64,000 nt of DNA. It comes from Antedon mediterranea (taxonomy: Eukaryota; Animalia; Echinodermata). The translations under genes and the position numbers were made by a program. Each line of letters opens with the position of its first letter. Within the stretch, counting starts at the first letter, position 1. Below, piece by piece: positions 12,966-25,842 of the stretch. The DNA lies in contig NC_092674.1 in the NCBI RefSeq assembly GCF_964355755.1, positions 14,384,001-14,448,000 on the forward strand, written 5' to 3'. The notes under the pieces are model-generated. The model made no database searches. It was not told the DNA's origin and saw only the letters and a list, made by a program, of their open reading frames with translations.

Positions 12966-15344
12966 AGTCTACGCAACAGAAGCCTAGTTGATACTCTCGG
13001 TAATGAGGTCGTGCCATTTAAGGTCACTAGTGATTTATTTGCAATCTTAACTTCAGAGTGGGTACCGTACCGTATTTAATTTTGTAGGTGATTTTTCTTT
13101 TTTGTGGGTTACTGTATGGGTTGAAAATACTGTATGGGTTGATAAATACTGTATGGGTTGAAAAGGTCGTAAGATGGTAGTTTATTAGTATAGAGTACTG
13201 AAAACCATAATAGTAGGTAACATTTGTATTTGAGGGCGTTTTATTTGACACGACAGAGCATCTGAACTCGCCAAAAACGTACCGTATCACAATGTAGTAT
13301 ATTTTAAATTTTGACATGACATAATAAACAATGAAAGTTCTTTCTAACAGAATTTTTTTCTCGGGTTACTCGGATGCCGTATTTTTTTTTTTTTTTTATT
13401 TATTGTAATGCGCCGTGTTCTTTATATCTTTGATTGTATATTGTTTTTCAATAAGCCGTGCGGAGGATTCAGGTAATTTCTCTTAGTATTAAAGGGTAAC
13501 ACCGCGGCTTTAAAATGTATATTGCTTATTATAAAATATAAACCTTTTAATCAACATTGGTAATAACCGTGCCTAATTTTAGACAGCACTCAGGCAAAAG
13601 TTAAGTCGCTTTTAAAAAAAAAAGTTTTTCTATAAGACAATACCAAAGTACGCATGTGGTGAGGTGGAACTAATTCGCCTTAAACATAATATTTTAAAAT
13701 ATCATAATTAAACTCAACTATTTAAATAGCTGATAATTAGAGATGTGCGCGCGTACAAATTAACAATCTAAATTAATATTTATTTACTAAAGCTAACAGT
13801 ATATTTTTTGTATGCGAGAAACGTTGTTGTTGGGATCACACTATGTGGTTGGTGTAACTCAGGATCGGGCACAGGGGCTTCCCGGGCAACACCATTAATT
13901 TCATACTAAATGTTTTTTTGCCAATAAATTAAAATTTAGATCCAATTTCATCATATATAAGAGCCTATGTAAATTGACAATTAACCATCAGTCAACAATA
14001 CCGCTCTCAGATATATAATATGTAGATAATTATGTTTCTGAACATGCACAGAATGAATTTCTGACTGTTTAGATTGCTTGTGCATCATGCGAAGGTATAT
14101 CTTCATGTCCCATGTCCGTAATTTTGGGCCAATAATACGGAAGTTCCGAACTTTGAAATAACAGTGTTAAAATGCTTATCCTATAGATATATATTGCGTC
14201 TTACCGGCGGAAAAAATATGCGGTATACGATCGGTATTGCTGTTTACTACGTAGCCCGATATAGAGTGTCATTTCCGGCGGTGAACTATGGGTGCCATTT
14301 ATCGTGAATTTTACGTGCGAGAGTACCTTTCCGGCCATCTAGGGGTGTCATTTAACAAAATTCGCTCACCCCAGCCCCCCCCCCCCCCCCATGGTGGGGC
14401 ATGTGGTGCAAATGCTCGGTCCCGACAGCCCTGGATTCTTGGGCAACCCCATTAAAATGGTTCTGCGACCGCCCTTCTTCACACTAACGATATATTGAAA
14501 CATTATGTTAATTAGTCTCCTTTACATAGAACTTTGTCATATGCGATTATATATCATGGTACTGAGGATTATATTATTATTTTAACCGAATTAGACATTT
14601 GTCATATACGATGATTTTAAATCAATGTTTGCATCATGTTATGAGGTGTAGTAGTGTTATATTATTATTGTAACCGAATTAACATTTTGAAAGTTTTATA
14701 GAATACAAATACTGGTTCGTAATGTCCGACACTAAACATGGCCATGCAATTAATACTAAACATTGTATTACATTGACATGTCAGAATGTTATAATTTACT
14801 TGGTATCGAAACTATACTAAATGACCAAAAGGTGACATACACTTTTGTCAAATCATATCCTGTTTTGTATCGTTGGATAGATTTACACTATGAAATTATT
14901 TTAACAATAATATTGTTTGTATATTATACGTATGGTGTAGTCATTCTTTGTTTTTCATTGAAAGTAATGGTAAATGTATGATTTGTATAGTGTCCCATAT
15001 CGTTTATGAACGCATTATAATTTTGATTGTGTTCTGGTTTGCTATGTGTAAAAGTGAAGATCAAAATAATTAAAATGTTAGAATTAATCGTCAAAAAATC
15101 ATAATCATGAATATTGTCTCAATGTTAATATTTAAAGTAATCTTTTCTTAATTTTATATGTCATTTGAATAAAGCCTAAATAAAATGAAAGCAATCTTTA
15201 GAAAATAAATAGTATATATCTAATAACTGAATGTGGATATTGGTATAATATGAATAATTAAATAACTTTCTCTCTGGCCTTCCGATTTAAGTGAAGTAGA
15301 CATTATTTTATTATGACCTACAATATTAACATTCTACCGCTATT

Positions 15345-17388
15345 TTTATTGAAGATAATCATTTTCCTTTGTTTTAATCAGTGCTACTAATCACTATCTC
15401 CTAAAATCATCGATAGAGAACCAGATGTAAACAACAAACGTATCAGAGGCTATTTGATCAGACGACGAGGAACCCAAACCATTAACAGAGACAAGGGCGT
15501 CCACCAACTCACGTGAATGACCCTTACACGTTAGACAGAATTAGTCTCTAGAGGTCAATCAATGATATATTTGTCATTTCTTCTAAAGGAGCTGTCTGAG
15601 CAGGACAGCGAAACTCCCAAGAAGGTTAGTTTCGCTAATTGTTTTTTTTTTTTCGAAAAGAATTAATAATTCATATGTCGTATCGTTACGTGAAATACAG
15701 AGTGTACATAATCTCCGCGAAGCCATGGTAATGATTTCATTATAACATGTATATCTCACATCAAGTCGTCTTCTAATACTAATACCGGAATGTGTAATTT
15801 TCACATGATATCAAGCTCTTCTGCTAGACCGCATTGACCAACTTCGCTTCAATCACAACATGTCATCCCCTCCCCTTAAAAACCGTGTCTACAATTCTGT
15901 TGTACCATGATACCATGATACATATGAATCTCTTGAGCAACGAAATAGCTAAATTGCCTCAACACACTCCACTGGGACATGAATACCACTGATTTCACAT
16001 CGTGATATTCTACAAAACACTTGATTTTCATGTTCCCACCTAAATATCTCGGCTATTATAAATCGGATTCTTTTGGATAGTAGCTCAAAATAAACTGTAG
16101 ACAATACTGAACATTATGATATAATGTTTGAAATTGTAAAGTTACAAAAAGTATGTGTCATTTTACGTTTTAAAACTCACCATCCATTGCCCGCTGAAAG
16201 TGTGAGGTCAATTTTTGGCTCTATTTTGTTGTAATTTTATACCTTTTTCAATGTATTTACTGTCCACTGTTTTATGATGAGTTATGTAGAGATCTACTGT
16301 AGCTAAAGTATAACCGTCATTTCCATGATAGTTCACTATGACAAGAAGCATTACCGTTTTTGATGATCAACTTTAGATACCATGGTAACCAACGTGGTGA
16401 TGTTGCAACATGTTAAGATGCATAGCCCTTAATAATTTATATGAAGTAGGATTTTCTAAAAAGAAATATTTCAATAAAAAGTCATAATACTGTAGCTTGA
16501 AGCCTTGCAAGTACCAACATTTTCATAAAATCCACAAGATATAATAATGTTTGTAGTATCAACCTTGACTTCAACTGATGGATGTGCTGTCTAAAACGCA
16601 AAAGCTAAAGAGACCTATCATCCAACGTCATCTCTAAAGTGAAACTATTTGCCGATTATTGAATTCACTACAACACAATTTTTCAAGTACTGAAGACGCT
16701 GAAAATTGCAAACAGGCTTGGTAAGCGAACGAGAAAAGGTGTTAAAATGCTAATAAATACTTCTCCGTGATTGTTAAACACAAGAAGACACCAATCATAT
16801 ACGAATACCATCCTTTCCAGTATTTGAACTCAGTCAAATTAGATTGGTCAACCCATATAAACTAAATCACAAGCAAACAGATTACTAAGATTGCGAAAGA
16901 TAAATCTATAGTACAATTGTAGTAGGAATATTAAACTATAGCGTATAAATATCTTATTCGACCTTTTAGCTTGAGTAATGTTTTGACGCTTGGCCAAATC
17001 ACGAATCGGACATGTACATGCTAATATGTGCAGCTAAACACATAACACAATTATACGAGGATGCTTCGATGCAACCATTAGCCTAACCATTTTGTGATTT
17101 TATGGATTTTAGCACCGCGACCTCTGACTGCAGTTGATACAAATTGTTGCTCATTGTTTTATTTAGCTTAGATATTATCCTATTATATTCCTAGAAGAAT
17201 AGGAGTTAGGCCATGTTATATTATATAGGCCAGGAACTTTGTTAACGTCTGTGTTTTGTATGGTAAATACACATACGCCCGTCTTCTTAAACCGGACTTT
17301 AGGCGTAGTTCGAGCTAAAACTTGTTGAATGACATCATTTTAATTCATAAACCAAACTTCAACTAAATCGGCGACTAAATCAGGCCAA
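15345..17388. repeat. Second copy of duplicated segments X+Y
   Basis: Collinear with 1-480 and 2690-3835. Confidence 0.9.
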
Positions 17389-17789
17389 ATTCTATAGTAG
17401 AGTTCTATAACATTTTTTGTAAGGGTAGTATAATAAAAGGGGGTAAAGTAGGCCTCCCCACTGATATTTTTTCCTTACCAATAATGAACTCATCGGCATA
17501 ATTAATATTATCAATAATGTTATATTATTGTTATTATTATCACATTCACAATTACATTATCATGGCATATAAAATTACGGTGAATTCAAGAAAGTTCAGA
17601 GTGTTACAAGCATAATATAATAATTAGTAAATAATAAATTATTAAAATTAATAGTGTGATGGGTTTATCACACGGAAGTGAGCCCTCTAGAGTAAAAGAG
17701 AGGAGATGAATAAAGATAGACGACAACTACAACGTGTTTTGTTATATTCTTATTGTTGGTTTCAGCCTAACGAGCGAGCCCGTAACAAA

Positions 17790-17804
17790 TTGGGAGGTCA
17801 TCCG
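17790..17804 (+). promoter_or_regulatory. Primer-binding site, tRNA-Pro-like
   Basis: tgggaggtcatccg (copy 2: tggggggtcatccg) just after the 5' LTR resembles the tRNA-Pro PBS TGGGGGCTCGTCCG, with mismatches. Confidence 0.65.
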
Positions 17805-18142
17805 TGAACAAAGTACGGAATTGTAGTTGTAGATCAAACTGATGGTAATTTTAGTTACTTATTCTAAGCTGGTTTTAGGTTTAGAGGCGTTTTATAACGA
17901 ACGAGGTTTGGCGGTCGTCGAGCCAGTACACTGTGTTGTTGTTTTAGGCTTGTGTAGGCTTGCCTATGATACTAGAAGTCTGTTTGGTTTTGATTTTAGG
18001 GGTCTAGTTATTGAGACCACGGCGCACGGTAGGTTTAATACTGTGTTGGCTTGGCAGGTAATTTATTACTGGTGCCTTAATTATCGTCATATTGGTTATT
18101 ATTTTAACCGGTGTTTTTGTTTGTTTGTTTCAAATAGAAACT

Positions 18143-21100
18143 ATGTCAGAAAGTGATTTTGACGAGGAATTTTTGGATAGCATGTCCATTGAGGTGGTAG
18201 CTCAGGGGTGTCACGAAACCTAAGACCACGAAAGCTCAGACCCCCTAAGACCTAAGATCACGAAAGCTAAGACCCAACACCTAAGATTACAAATACTAAG
18301 ATATATAGTCTGGGCTCCAGACGGAATTTTGTAAAAATATAAATATTTTTGCACATATGGCGTTTCATACGTGTATTACTTGAGTTTGGATACTCCGTCT
18401 GGGGAAACACGCATAAGTCACGTGGTTTGACACCAAGAATTCTTGGTGCATAAATTATCCAGTTGACTAGTTTCAGCCGCATGCCATTGGCTACTCACTC
18501 GTACGTCGTTTTAATATTCATATTTCAGAATTTCAAAGACTGAACGTCTAAGACGATGCGCATGCGCTATGTTACGTTTAGACAATGTGTACTTGGGTAC
18601 ATTGATGAAAGTTTCCGAAGGCTAAAAATGATTTTATATGCCTAGTAGTCTGGTAAACATTTGATGAGATTTTTCCCAAGAACATGAAAACTCGTCTTGA
18701 TATGATAGGCTAGCTTCTCCGCCAAATCAAACATTGAATGGATCATTTATTATGCGGAGAAAATTTGATTTAATTCCCACCCAGACCCTCCCTGTCCTGT
18801 TCTGTGTGGTGGTGTATCCCTGTTGTGTGCCGGTCGGTGGTGGTATGTACCTTATTGGCGTTTTATTTGGAAGGTCATACGTACGAGTTGAGTAGCCCTA
18901 CGAAGGAGGCCTAGGTCAGGACTAAACAATTAATAAACAAAACAACTTGGCAACACGATTTTATATTTCAACAGTTGTTCAGTCTCGATCGTACATTCAG
19001 CATACTGTACGTACGTACTCGATCTTTTTCATTTTGAAACAAAATGATCATTGGTTGATTCGAAATCCATATTTACATACCGCCCGCCCCATATAGACAA
19101 ATACGGTATGATAACCTACGTCATTCTTATTGGATGTTTGCGGTTTGCAAATCGATTTCTATACGTGTTTCACAAGTCTGTATTTTCAGACAAAAATCGC
19201 GGTCGAAATAAAAACAAATAATTTTTTAAAAAGACAATAAATACAGACTTGGGGCAAGTCTATAAGATATACTACAGCTTAAAAACAATACTTGTTTATC
19301 CATACATAATTTTAAACACAGTAGGTTTCATTTATTACCATAAATATAATTTAATACTACCGCAAAACATAGATAAACTCACATTATTTTCGCCCGTTGA
19401 GTAAATGTATATTTTTTCTTTACAACAAACAAACTTGACGGGTTGTTTGTTGGTAGATATTTACTCCATTGTGTTGGTTCAGAGGATGTTTTTCTTACGC
19501 ACCTGCCTTTCTTGTATTTTGACTCCAAATTTGTTGACTAACTTTTATCCTGAACACCACACTTTAAAATTAGGACTTATAAGTACTTTCAGAAGGAGAA
19601 ACACATAATAACAAATAAATAAATCCTTTAAATTGATGATTTTACAGATGTGTTTCTTTGTATACTGTAATACTAATGTAAGTCCTCGAGCTCCCCATGC
19701 TCAATGTTTTTGTTTCTATGGAGCGCCAAAAGAGCAATAATAATAGTACAAGTATAAAAACAGAAAGAAAACGAAACAAAAAAACTTATCATGATTTTTA
19801 AATTAAAATTTATTTGCCAGTATTTATTTCTTCGTACTTGCATGATTATACTATTATCATTACAATTTTAATTTTACATTGTTCCATCCACACTGTAGAT
19901 GGACAGAGTTTTCAGCCCTCTATATAATTTTTGCTCTTTTGACGTTCCATAGAAACAAAAACATTGAACATGGCCCATGGGGTAGGCCTACTGTACTGTA
20001 GGCTAGTCATTTTGTGTGCGAGAAAAACGTCTGTAAAATCATCAATTTAAAAATGTATTTGTTACTTTTTATGTGATTCTTTTTCATGAAAGTGCCAATT
20101 CTAAGGTGTGGTATTCAGAATAAATGTTGGGAGTTAAAATACAAGGCAGGTGCGAAAGATAAATATTTGTAATCTTAGGTGTTGGGTCTTAGCTTTCGTG
20201 ATCTTAGGTCTTAGGGGGTCTGAGCTTTCGTGGTCTTAGGTTTCGTGACACCCGGTAGCTCAGCTATCAGAGGAGCGTTTGCGACTCCTAGGTACTAGGG
20301 TTGGAGCATCTATAAATGATTCCATGAATAAATATGACTTGATAAATGTGATTGGAAGTCATGTTGGTTTAATTACTCATGAATCCGTAAAAACTGCGGG
20401 GAATGAGATCGAGTTGGCTAGAATTGAGTTGGAACGTGAAAAATTGATTTTTGAAAGAAGAAAAATAGAGATGCAAACTCAAAAGGAAATACATGAGTTT
20501 GAGTTAAGGAAATTAGAATTAGCTAACCAAATGGGTCACACCACACGGGTTTCTACACCTAATGATTCAGAGATTACTCAGAATATTAAATGGGTTCCCA
20601 AGTTTAATGAGGACGAGGTAGAGACATATTTTTTAGCTTTTGAGAAAATTGCTAATAGATTAAAGTGGCCTGCTAGACACTGGACTGTGTTGTTACAAAC
20701 TGCTCTTGTGGGTAAAGCCCAAGAGGTATTTTCTGCATTGGCTGATGATCAATGTGAAAGCTATGATGTGGTTAAAACTGCTGTTTTGTCAGCTTATGAG
20801 TTAGTTCCAGAGGCGTATCGTCAGAAATTTAGGAACTTAGGTAAACCTTATGATCAAACATTTACAGAATTTGCACGTAAGAAGCAGATTCTTTTTGATA
20901 GATGGTGTAGTTCGGAAGGAGTAAAGGGTGAATTTGGAAAGCTTCGCGAGCTTATGTTAGTTGAGGAGTATAAATCTTGTTCCCCTACTGAAGTTCGTAC
21001 ACATCTAGAGGAGCAGAAAGTGGATAATTTAATGAAAGCGGCTTCTGTTGCCGATAATTATGTGCTCACGCACAAGGTGGTGGATACCAAATCGGTTTTA

Positions 21101-21796
21101 AAATTTGTTGATGATTCTAAGGTCCAAAGTCAGAAAACTACAGTTAATAGTAATAGTAAATTTGCAAGAACTTGTTTTTACTGCAAGAAAAAGGGTCATA
21201 TAAAGGCATATTGCTGGCTGTTTCAAAGCAAAGCTAAAGGGGATAATAAGAAACCCCAATCACTTCCAAACACGTTGGTTAATACAGTCCCGTTGAAAGT
21301 GACAGCGAGTCATGACGTTGATGAAAGTGAGAAGTTGATCCAATCTTCAGGTCCAGAAAAAGTGCGAAAGCTATTTAAGCCTTTCCTCTCTACTGGTTCT
21401 GTAGCATTGATCGACGATGTGAATCTGAGTAAAGTTCGTGTCTTAAGAGACACAGGGGCGTCACAATCCCTGATAATAGAATCGGCATTGTCATTTTCAA
21501 ACGAGTCTTCTGCTGGAGCAAGTGTGCTCATTCAAGGTGTTGAAGGGGGTTATAAGGAAGTCCCACTTCATGTAATTCGGATTGAAACAGATATTGTTAG
21601 CGGAGATTTTGTTGTCGGTGTCGTTCCGAGTCTTCCAGTATGGGGTGTCACACTCCTTTTGGGGAATGATTTGGCCGGAGACAGAGTGACAGTAGAACCG
21701 GTTGTGTGCAAGAGTCCTGTTGAAGACGAAAGCACGGTGTGTTTAGAGAAAGAATTATCACATGTGTTTCCATCATGTGCGATCTATGGCAAATAA
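18143..21796 (+). pseudogene. gag: Gag (SCAN-like capsid, CCHC knuckle) plus aspartic protease of copy 1; interrupted by insertion 18206-20253
   Basis: ATG at 18143 (MSESDFDEEF, as in copy 2); LVPEAYRQKFR and LRELMLVEE motifs; CFYCKKKGHIKAYC knuckle; LRDTGA protease motif. Confidence 0.92.
18206..20253. mobile_element. Non-autonomous DNA transposon, MULE/Mutator-like
   Basis: 90-bp perfect TIRs (gggtgtcacgaaacctaagacc...; 18206-18295 / 20164-20253); 10-bp TSD ggtagctcag; empty site present in copy 2. Confidence 0.85.
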
Positions 21797-24731
21797 AACC
21801 ATAGATGAGGATGAGAGTATTGACTTATGTGATAGTTTTTACGGAGACATTACAGATCGCGTTTCCCAAGAGGCTGTCTGCTCAGGTCGCGAGTTACACA
21901 CTGCCCAGGCTGAACAACAGCACCCAAAAGTGTGTGATTTCGGTCCGACAGTTCTCAATCGGTCTAGGTTAGTGGAAGAGCAGAGTAAAGATCCTGATTT
22001 GTTGTCATTTGGTCAGCAAGCTCTTTCTGTAGAGGAAATGTCTATTGTTCCTGTTTGTTATTATATAAAGGATGGCATACTTATGCGTAAGTGGAGGCCA
22101 CCAGATATTCCAAGTAGTGATGTTTGGAATGAGATTCACCAGATAGTTATTCCTAGTGGATACCGTCAGGATATTATTGGTATTGCGCATGATGATCCTC
22201 TTTCAGGTCATTTAGGTGTCAATAAAACGGTAGACAAAATTCTCAGGCATTTCTTTTGGCCAGGTCTTAGAAAAGATGTGTCTAACTATTGTAAATCCTG
22301 TCATGCGTGTCAGGTAGTAGGGAAGCCTAGTCAAAAGGTTCCAGTAGCCCCACTTAAGCCTATTCCTGCATTCGGTGAACCATTTTCAAGAGTTATTGTT
22401 GATTGCGTGGGACCATTACCACGTACTAAAAATGGAAATGAGTATCTATTAACAATAATGTGTGCATCAAGTAGGTTTCCAGAAGCGATTCCTCTTAGGC
22501 GTATTACAGCTAAGAATGTTGTTAAAGCATTGGTAAAATTCTTTACATGGGTAGGATTGCCTAAAGCTGTTCAGTCCGATCAAGGATCAAACTTCATGTC
22601 AAAGATATTTAAACAAGTCTTAGAGCAGTTAGGTGTTGCCCATATAAGTTCAAGTGCTTACCATCCACAGTCTCAAGGGGCACTTGAGAGATTTCATCAA
22701 ACACTTAAGAATATGATTAAAACCTATTGTTTTCAATGTGAAAAGGAATGGGATGAGGGAGTTCCCTTATTGTTATTTGCTGTTCGTGAAACAGTGCAAG
22801 AGTCCTTAGGGTTTAGCCCATTTGAGTTGGTGTATGGTCATTCGGTCCGAGGCCCTCTTAAAATAGTCAAAGAAAGGCTGTTAGGGAATGCAGAAGAGTC
22901 TGTATCGATACTAGATTATGTGTCTGAATTTCGTGATCGATTAAATCGTGCTCGTGAGATGGCTAGAAAGAATCTTGTGAAGGCTCAGGGTAAAATGAAG
23001 AGATTGTTTGATAGGAAATCAGAAAAGAGAAGCCTTAATTCAGGTGATGAAGTGTTAGTTATGTTGCCTCTTCCCAGTCAACCATTATCTGCAAGATTTG
23101 CTGGTCCTTACAAAGTATTTGAAAGAGTAGGAGAAGTTGACTATGTGTTAGATACTCCAGATAGGCGTAAGAAGAAGCGACTGTGTCATATAAACATGTT
23201 GAAACCATACACAGCGAGAAATAATACTGATACCTGTACGTCAAGACCAGTTGCGTGTGTTGTTGAAGAGAATTCTGAAGAGTTTGGGGATCCTGATACA
23301 TGTGTTAAGTTCAGTAATTCAGATGTCCTTGCAAACATTGAAGAGAAAGTTGGTCATTTATCTCGTGATCGTAAGGTTGAAATTGTTAGTTTGATATTTG
23401 GAAATCTGCAGTTGTTTTCGGATGTTCCAGGTCGAACGAACTTAGTGGAGCATGATGTTAAGACAGCTGATTGTTCACCAATAAAACAAAATCCATATAG
23501 AGCAAATCCGTTCAAGATGAAGATATTACAAAATGAGATTGATTACATGATTAAGAATGATATAATCGAGCCTAGTTGCAGTGCTTGGAGTTCTCCATGT
23601 ATATTAGTTCCGAAGCCAGATAAATCGTATTGTTTTTGTACTGATTATCGGAAGGTTAATGCTAAATCTACTACAGATTCATATCCCATACCGAGGATAG
23701 ACGACTGTATTGATCGTGTGGGTAGTGCTAAGTTTGTCAGTAAATTTGATCTTCTAAAGGGTTACTGGCAAATTCCTTTAACAGAGCATGCGAAAGAAGT
23801 GTCAGCTTTTGTAACTCCTATGGGTCTTTATCAGTATAAGGTCATGCCTTTCGGTTTAAAGAATGCACCAGCCACGTTCCAGAGATTGGTTAATGGTATA
23901 ATTTCAGGGTTGGAGGGCTGTGAAGCTTATATAGACGATTTGGTTGTTTATAGTGATACATGGGATGTCCATGTGCAGAGAATTAAGGCATTGTTTGACA
24001 GGTTGACAGCTGCGAAGTTGAGAGTAAATTTGGTGAAAAGCGAGTTTTCCTGTGCAGAAATTGTGTTCTTAGGTCATAAAGTTGGTTGCGGAAAAGTGAA
24101 ACCATTAAGTGCTAAGATTAAGGCAGTCTGTGATTTCTCAGTTCCAAAGAGTAAACAGGAGTTAATGCGGTTCCTGGGAATGGTTGGGTTTTATCGACGT
24201 TTTTGCAGAAGTTTCTCAACGCTTGTAGCTCCATTAACGAATCTGCTGAAAAAGAATGCGAGTTTTGTGTGGTTGGAGGAATGCAATAATGCGTTCATTA
24301 AAGTTAAATCGATGTTATCAAACGAACCGGTGTTGATGGCTCCACAATTTGATAAACAGTTCTCGTTAATGATTGATGCCAGTGATGTTGGTTCTGGTGC
24401 TGTGTTGGCGCAAACAGACGAGAATGGTGTTGACAAGCCTGTGTGTTTCTACTCGAGAAAATTCAACCAGCATGAGAAGCGTTATTCTACTGTTGAGAAG
24501 GAGACATTAGCTCTGATGTCAGCGTTAAAGCACTTTGAGGTGTATCTTGGATCCACTCCGTTTCCAATTGTAGTTTTGACTGACCACAACCCATTAACGT
24601 TCTTGGCAAGAATGAAAGACAAGAATCAACGCTTGTTGAGATGGAGTTTAGCAGTTCAAGAAATGAATCTTGAAATTCATCATATCAGAGGAAAAGACAA
24701 TGTTGTAGCTGACGCTTTGTCAAGAGTTTAG
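21762..24731 (+). CDS. pol: Pol: integrase, then reverse transcriptase, then RNase H (Gmr1 order); open for 989 codons but frameshifted from gag-PR
   Basis: HDDPLSGH...CHAC zinc finger; VDCVGP/SDQGSNF/LERF DDE; GPY motif; YIDD; IDASD...EKE...TDH...ADALSR. Confidence 0.95.
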   Translation: MCFHHVRSMANKTIDEDESIDLCDSFYGDITDRVSQEAVCSGRELHTAQAEQQHPKVCDFGPTVLNRSRLVEEQSKDPDLLSFGQQALSVEEMSIVPVCYYIKDGILMRKWRPPDIPSSDVWNEIHQIVIPSGYRQDIIGIAHDDPLSGHLGVNKTVDKILRHFFWPGLRKDVSNYCKSCHACQVVGKPSQKVPVAPLKPIPAFGEPFSRVIVDCVGPLPRTKNGNEYLLTIMCASSRFPEAIPLRRITAKNVVKALVKFFTWVGLPKAVQSDQGSNFMSKIFKQVLEQLGVAHISSSAYHPQSQGALERFHQTLKNMIKTYCFQCEKEWDEGVPLLLFAVRETVQESLGFSPFELVYGHSVRGPLKIVKERLLGNAEESVSILDYVSEFRDRLNRAREMARKNLVKAQGKMKRLFDRKSEKRSLNSGDEVLVMLPLPSQPLSARFAGPYKVFERVGEVDYVLDTPDRRKKKRLCHINMLKPYTARNNTDTCTSRPVACVVEENSEEFGDPDTCVKFSNSDVLANIEEKVGHLSRDRKVEIVSLIFGNLQLFSDVPGRTNLVEHDVKTADCSPIKQNPYRANPFKMKILQNEIDYMIKNDIIEPSCSAWSSPCILVPKPDKSYCFCTDYRKVNAKSTTDSYPIPRIDDCIDRVGSAKFVSKFDLLKGYWQIPLTEHAKEVSAFVTPMGLYQYKVMPFGLKNAPATFQRLVNGIISGLEGCEAYIDDLVVYSDTWDVHVQRIKALFDRLTAAKLRVNLVKSEFSCAEIVFLGHKVGCGKVKPLSAKIKAVCDFSVPKSKQELMRFLGMVGFYRRFCRSFSTLVAPLTNLLKKNASFVWLEECNNAFIKVKSMLSNEPVLMAPQFDKQFSLMIDASDVGSGAVLAQTDENGVDKPVCFYSRKFNQHEKRYSTVEKETLALMSALKHFEVYLGSTPFPIVVLTDHNPLTFLARMKDKNQRLLRWSLAVQEMNLEIHHIRGKDNVVADALSRV

Positions 24732-25842
24732 ATAAAACATGCATGAAATGATTTTAAAAGTTTTGTTAATTTTAAAAGTGTTTATTTAATTATAATATGT
24801 TAGTTGTGATAGAGTGATGCATTAATGGCATACACGGATTTAAAGTACAGTAATTATAACTTGTGAAATTTTAAAGAAGCAGTTGAAGTAAATTCATATC
24901 AACGACCTGTTAAAATAACTACTGTATAAGAAAAGATTTAAGATGTTATAGTAAACAGTTATAAGTTTAATCATATCAAACTTTCTTTAAGTGTGATGGG
25001 TTTATCACACGGAAGTGAGCCCTCTAGAGTAAAAGAGAGGAGATGAATAATGATGGACGACAACTACAACGTGTTTTGTTATATTCTTATTGTTGGTTTC
25101 AGCCTAACGAGCGAGCCCGTAACAATAGATAATTAACAATAATTGGTATTTTTCAGTAAAACATACTCGTACTCAAATTCCTATAATGTTAGGCCTACTG
25201 GTACCGTATTCATTGTATACAGATCGACTGTTTGTATAATATTATTAATTACAATAAATATTGATTGATTGATTGATTGATTACAAGCCATACTACCTAT
25301 TCTCTTGTTTCCCATTTAGAAATAAACCATACGTAATCGATTATTATATAGGCATACACATTGTACGTCTATTATTATTACCACGAGGGCTCCTAATATA
25401 TTTATTCACTCTGATGAAGAAGTGTTTCTAAAGATAGGTATTAAATTCTCTATCTCTGTCCAATGATAAACATTTTAATGTAAATAATATAAAAATTGAT
25501 TTGCAAATAAAAACAGTAAAATAAAAGAAATAAAATACAGGTAGATATTCCAGGTACCTAAACAATTTCAGGTAATTGAAACACAAATTTGTATTCCAAA
25601 GCATATAAATATGATTCATTTGCACTTTCTATAAAGATAAAATTACTTGTTATATGTCAATTCGTATTCAATCTTAATTTTACAATCATATTATTCTACT
25701 GTTACAATAGCCTATTTCCTATACAATAACTTTCCGTATCCCTACTCGACGTGCGAGGCGCCCTTTAAATTTAGCTCCATGTTGTCTCGCTTTTATTTGC
25801 GTTGAACGAATAGGAAGTGTAACATCTTCCTACTACACTATG

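Larger units (their letters stand above)
17655..25124 (+). mobile_element. Gmr1-like Ty3/Gypsy LTR retrotransposon, copy 1 (defective)
   Basis: 133-bp LTRs TG...CA at 17655-17787 and 24992-25124 (2 mismatches); 4-bp TSD ATAG; gag-PR-IN-RT-RH order. Confidence 0.97.

Noticed and set aside
21762-21796. Programmed gag-pol ribosomal frameshift
   Set aside because: Copy 2 reads through as CAVTRSMAN; the ORF overlap in copy 1 results from an 8-bp deletion.
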